The position numbers and the translations under genes were made by a program. 20,000 nt of DNA, taken from assembly GCA_001275005.1 (NCBI GenBank), contig JWZX01003263.1:46080-66079 (forward strand). The letters run 5' to 3'. Under the pieces are notes generated by a model. The model saw only the letters and a program-made list of their open reading frames with translations, searched no databases and had not been told where the DNA came from. Shown piece after piece: positions 16,244 to 20,000 of this stretch. The stretch's first letter is position 1; each line of letters begins with the position of its first letter. This stretch comes from Chrysochromulina tobinii (taxonomy: Eukaryota).

Positions 16244-17305
16244 CTATCTACTTCTATCCATGCGATGCAATCCCATCAGCAGTTCGCCTCGAGACATCGC
16301 TACGCAACAGCCGCCTATCCGAACTGCTCCGACGCCGTCTGCCAGCCGCTCCGCCTCTGCCCGCAGCTCGCTCGGCCGCCCCATCTCCACCCCCTGAACG
16401 ACACGTGCCCTCACGAGCGCGGCGGAGCAGCCTGGTGGCGGCGCCAGGCTGGCGAGCACGCCTGCGAGGCAAGCGTTCGCCGCGCCCGTGCCGGCGTCTT
16501 CGGTGCCGTTCGCGCGGTGCATCCGCGCCCGAATCTGGTGCACCACGCCGCCGGCGCCCTCGCCTTTCTCAGTGCCTGTGTGCGTGTAGAGCAGCACCTT
16601 AGGCGGCACCGCGGCGAGAGCACACAGCTCCTCAAACGCGGCAGGCGCGCCGCGCGAGCGCGCGAGCGCATCGAGGCTCGCGCATTCGGCCACGATAAAG
16701 GGCAGGCCCGTGGTGGCCACGAGCGGCGGATGGTTGGACACGACCAGCTCCGAAGGCTCGAGACTGACGGCCGCGGCAACGTCCTTGACGGGCAGCGATG
16801 GCACGGGCAGAGAAAACGGCTCGGGCGCTGTCAGCATCGCACCCGTGGGCTGGCCGGCGGCATCGTGCAGGATGTTGAGGAGCACGAGGCCGGCCTTCTC
16901 CTCAAACCGCACGGTGTGGCCCACCGGCCGACCCATGAAGTTGCCGCGCCAGGCGAGCGCAGTAGCCGTGCCCACGTTCGGATGGCCTGCAAAGGGCATC
17001 TCATAGGTCGGCGAGAAGATTCGAACGTGCGCGGTGTTTGCCTCGTCGCTTGGCGGCAGCACGAAGGTGGTCTCCGAGTAGCCGAATTCGGCCGCGATGC
17101 TCTGCATCTGTGCAGCGGTCAGCTGCTTCTCCCGATCTCCGGGCCGTCTTTCGCCGTCAGGCGGGCGCTCGCAGTCTTCGCCCCCATCCCCTAGCAAGCG
17201 CGAGGCCGAGCGGGCCTCAAGCTGGGTCAGCGTTGACCAACGTCGTGCTCCACACGCACTATACCACAGTCGTTGGGCGAATCCCCAACAACTCTCCCTC
17301 CACAC
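16244..17305 (-). CDS. PhzF/PhzC-family (diaminopimelate-epimerase-like fold) protein; 5' end uncertain or truncated
   Basis: QMQSIAAEFGYSETTFV, VRIFSPTYEMPFAGHPNVGTA, EDAGTGAAN, QGVEMGRPS, VRIGG. Homology starts near 17120, and the canonical N-terminal D.F....GNP motif is not seen. Confidence 0.8.
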   Translation of the reverse strand: MWRESCWGFAQRLWYSACGARRWSTLTQLEARSASRLLGDGGEDCERPPDGERRPGDREKQLTAAQMQSIAAEFGYSETTFVLPPSDEANTAHVRIFSPTYEMPFAGHPNVGTATALAWRGNFMGRPVGHTVRFEEKAGLVLLNILHDAAGQPTGAMLTAPEPFSLPVPSLPVKDVAAAVSLEPSELVVSNHPPLVATTGLPFIVAECASLDALARSRGAPAAFEELCALAAVPPKVLLYTHTGTEKGEGAGGVVHQIRARMHRANGTEDAGTGAANACLAGVLASLAPPPGCSAALVRARVVQGVEMGRPSELRAEAERLADGVGAVRIGGCCVAMSRGELLMGLHRMDRSR

Positions 17306-17378
17306 GCACTATACCACAGTCGTTGGGCGAATCCCCAACAACTCTCCCTCCACACGCACTATACCACAGTCGTTGGGC
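17248..17378. repeat. Perfect 50-nt tandem repeat, 2.6 copies
   Basis: CTCCACACGCACTATACCACAGTCGTTGGGC at 17248, 17298 and 17348, separated by identical GAATCCCCAACAACTCTCC. Confidence 0.92.
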
Positions 17379-17488
17379 TCTTCATCGCCTTCTTCAACAA
17401 AACGCAGGCCAGGTGCTGCCCAGCAAGCAGCTTCGCCTCCCACTCCAGGCTCTGAGATTCGTGCGCCGCCTTCGGTGCAGATCCTGCC

Positions 17489-17761
17489 TCAGCCGCCTTC
17501 TCCGCCGCAAGTACCTTCTTCTTCACCATCTTCAGCGCCCTCGAAGTCCTCGACGTTGAAGTCCTGCGCTGCCTTCCACGCGTGCCACATCGTATCCGTC
17601 GGCGAGTATACGCGGTAGTAGGTGACAAAGTCGTCGTAGTAGTCGAACATGTACATAACTGGCCCAGCACCGGTGACCCAGCCAGCGTCGACGTTGTCGC
17701 CCGCCTCGGTGAGGAGGTCGGACTCCGTCTCGCTGTAGTCCGGGTCGATGTCCGCCATCAA
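17489..17761 (-). CDS. Small acidic hypothetical ORF (90 aa) or first exon/gene fragment
   Basis: Protein-like acidic/aromatic composition (MYMFDYYDDFVTYYRVYSPTD) downstream of an AT-richer spacer; no family recognised. Confidence 0.4.
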   Translation of the reverse strand: MMADIDPDYSETESDLLTEAGDNVDAGWVTGAGPVMYMFDYYDDFVTYYRVYSPTDTMWHAWKAAQDFNVEDFEGAEDGEEEGTCGGEGG

Positions 17762-17941
17762 TCGGATTGATTTCGGTGCATCACCGCAACGTTAATTTCA
17801 TGGACACTTTCGTATCAGCCCAGGGGGGGTTAACCTGGCACACGTTGTGTCGTTTGAGTTGTGTCTACCGTACATCACATGAGATCAAAGTGTTCAACTG
17901 ATCGTGTCAACAATTGCCCCGATTAAATTACACCTGTGTTT

Positions 17942-19078
17942 TCAATGCATGTAATAGATGAAGCGCCAGAACGGATGGTGGCCGGCGGGAGGGACGGGCG
18001 GCGCAACTCCCGGTGGTGCCGGTAGTGGGTTCTGCAGCTTGAGCCCGAACAGCAGCAAGTCGTGGAAGGGGCTCGCCCCCGGCTGAGGCCCGGCGTGCGG
18101 CAAGGCGTATGGATGGTTGGGCGGCACAAAGATGCGCATGTAGACGTGCGAGTCGAAGCCGTTCTCCTCCGTAAAGTGGCCTGGGTCGTATTCGACCGCG
18201 TGCCGCAGGTGGGCGAGCGTGGGCTGGAGGCCGGCGGCCGGGGCGCCCACGAGATGCTGGAGCAGCCCGAGCACGAGGCCGGGGGCACGGAAGGCGGGCG
18301 TGCCCAGAGGGAACCCCGACGCCCCGTCGAGCGGGCACCACGCATTGGACGCGTAGCAGTCGTGAACATCCTCGCCCATGTTCACGTGCCCGACGTCGCT
18401 CCACACAAGCGTCACAGGGTCTCGCTGCTCGACGACGCAGCGGTGCTGCCACGGGCGCGGTAGCACCGGCCCCACCAGGCCCGCGAGGAGGGCTGGGGGC
18501 GCGTGGATGGCATCGTGTTGCGGCTGCCAGTTTATACAGCCATGCCACCTCGGCGTCGGCGGCAGGGGGGGTGCGTTGGGGGCGGCCACGCGCACGCGCC
18601 AGACGAGTCGCGTCTGTCGGCCCGCGACCGCCGCGACCGGTGGCGGCACGCCCGGCGGCCCGACCGGGATGCCGGCCGCGATGGCCGCGATGGCCGCCGG
18701 CGTCGGGTAGTGGCAGAAGCGTAAGACGAGCGTGGCCACGTGCTGCCAACCCGGCGCGGCTCCAAGGGGCGGCGGGATCTTAATCGGGTGCGCGCCGAAG
18801 GGCACGCCGGTCGGCGGCATCGTGCCCGTCGTGTTCCAGGCGGCGCCGCCGAAGAGGTCCAGAGCGGGGTTTACAACGGCGAGGGGGTTTCCAGGCGCGG
18901 CGAGCGGCGGGGGATTGCCCGGCGTATAGTAGCCGTCCGCTGCGAGCTGGAGGGCGGGCGCGACGTTGGGAAAGTTGCGTCTATACATGCCCCAGATCCC
19001 GTGCCCCGTGAGCCGGGGGTTGGGGATGCCCGCCGGGTTGCCCGGCTGACCGACGTTGTTGAACGGGGCCGCCGCCAT
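17942..19078 (-). CDS. Hypothetical Pro/Gly/Ala-rich protein, 378 aa, intronless
   Basis: ATG-to-stop ORF with GC-rich third positions, bounded by AT-rich spacers on both sides; no family recognised. Confidence 0.65.
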   Translation of the reverse strand: MAAAPFNNVGQPGNPAGIPNPRLTGHGIWGMYRRNFPNVAPALQLAADGYYTPGNPPPLAAPGNPLAVVNPALDLFGGAAWNTTGTMPPTGVPFGAHPIKIPPPLGAAPGWQHVATLVLRFCHYPTPAAIAAIAAGIPVGPPGVPPPVAAVAGRQTRLVWRVRVAAPNAPPLPPTPRWHGCINWQPQHDAIHAPPALLAGLVGPVLPRPWQHRCVVEQRDPVTLVWSDVGHVNMGEDVHDCYASNAWCPLDGASGFPLGTPAFRAPGLVLGLLQHLVGAPAAGLQPTLAHLRHAVEYDPGHFTEENGFDSHVYMRIFVPPNHPYALPHAGPQPGASPFHDLLLFGLKLQNPLPAPPGVAPPVPPAGHHPFWRFIYYMH

Positions 19079-19196
19079 ATGGGATCGGTTTTGCCATTTT
19101 TGTTAATTGTGGTTTCCATTTATATACTTGATTAGTGGACGGGAACCGAGTGCGGCTGGCTCGGCGGAAGTAATTGCACTCTGCCCCCTGGCCAGC
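19079..19196. promoter_or_regulatory. Putative bidirectional promoter with an AT-rich/TATA-like core
   Basis: 118-bp spacer between divergent ATGs; TTTATATA at 19119-19126 in otherwise very GC-rich DNA. Confidence 0.45.
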
Positions 19197-20000
19197 ATGG
19201 CGGCCGCTGGCTCGCCATCGGGCCCGCCCCCGCCAGGCGACGACGACGACGACGACGACGACGAGGTGCCCAGCGGCGCGACGCCGGCGGCGGCCGAGCA
19301 CAACAAGCGGCCGCTGCCGAGCTGGTCGCCATCGTCCTCCGAGTCTTCATCGCATGCGAGTCCAGGATTTCTCGAGCCGCAAAAGTTCGACTGGGCCGGC
19401 GCGCCGATTGACTCTCCGACAGAGGCGGACTTGCTGGGCGCGCGGCGGGTCGCCGACGAGTCGCCCGCGCCGGTGAGCATCTCGCCCATGCTGCCTCGCA
19501 TCCTGGGTGAGGAGTTCGAGGCAGTGCTGCAGCAAGCCTCAGAGCTGCCTGCTGCGGTGCCATCGCCGCAGCAGTCAGCCAGCGAGGTGCGGGTGTACAA
19601 GCGCGGGCTCCGGGCCCTGCTCGGCGGGATGATGCTCGCCCAGAAGGCCGCAGAGGCCATCGCGGAGGCCGCCGCGGAGGCCGCGGAGGCCGCGGAGGCG
19701 GAGGAGGAGCCGATGTCGTCGCCTGCGGAGGTGGCCGAGGCGGGGTTCCTCCTGTTCGACGGGATGGGCTCACAGAGTGACTATGCGGCGGAGGATGCGG
19801 CGGATGCCGCGTGGGCCGCGGCGGCGTTGGCGGCGGCGATGCCGTCGCCTGCGGAGGTGGCCGAGGCGGTGGCTGAGGTGGTGGAAGAGCTCGTCCATCT
19901 CGTCTCGTGGGAGGAGAATCGTCAGGCTCGATGGGATGCGCGTGTTGCGCTCGGCCCATTCTGTGTCCATGAGGAGGAGGAGGAGGAGGAGGAGGAGGTG
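19197..20000 (+). CDS. Hypothetical acidic Ala/Glu-rich protein (3' partial, >=268 aa)
   Basis: Manual translation from ATG 19197 (MAAAGSPSGPPPPGDDDDDDDEV...HEEEEEEEEEV) is open to the window end. It is absent from the ORF track because it has no stop. Confidence 0.65.
   Translation, partial: MAAAGSPSGPPPPGDDDDDDDDEVPSGATPAAAEHNKRPLPSWSPSSSESSSHASPGFLEPQKFDWAGAPIDSPTEADLLGARRVADESPAPVSISPMLPRILGEEFEAVLQQASELPAAVPSPQQSASEVRVYKRGLRALLGGMMLAQKAAEAIAEAAAEAAEAAEAEEEPMSSPAEVAEAGFLLFDGMGSQSDYAAEDAADAAWAAAALAAAMPSPAEVAEAVAEVVEELVHLVSWEENRQARWDARVALGPFCVHEEEEEEEEEV

Noticed and set aside
17248..17378. CRISPR-like 31-nt repeats with 19-nt spacers
   Set aside because: The spacers are identical, so this is a plain 50-nt tandem repeat; the context is eukaryotic and no cas genes are seen.
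19103..19959. Minus-strand ORFs 19103..19660 and 19132..19959
   Set aside because: Shadows of the open + strand frame starting at 19197.

Overview
GC-rich eukaryotic genomic DNA with spliceosomal introns. The 'ALKVNAVLT' LRR gene and the repeat-filled introns suggest a haptophyte alga such as Chrysochromulina (inference). Positions 1-13161 hold four spliced genes that I reconstructed by hand: a beta-propeller glycoside hydrolase/transferase-like protein (-), a ~1110-aa mitochondrial-carrier-family protein with a long N-terminal extension (-), a small hypothetical secreted protein (-) and a membrane-anchored GT4-type glycosyltransferase (+). Positions 13941-20000 hold apparently intronless genes: a HET-like + LRR protein, a PhzF-family protein with an abnormal N-terminus, and a divergent pair of hypothetical proteins. 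The most striking signal is the intron architecture. Many introns begin with a 12-27 nt copy of the start of the following exon, which supplies the GT donor. They continue with a short tandem-repeat filler (CTGATGACCT/CTGATTGCCT decamers or TGCATGCAAGTGCTCACCACGGCG) and end in a shared ...CCTCATCAG acceptor. Some are stacked at the same site, and some appear copied from a neighbouring intron. Other repeat families ((TTGAC)n, CGAGATTGCAC) also sit between 27-29 nt direct repeats. This looks like a recently active, TIR-less intron-generating insertion process with variable-length target duplications.
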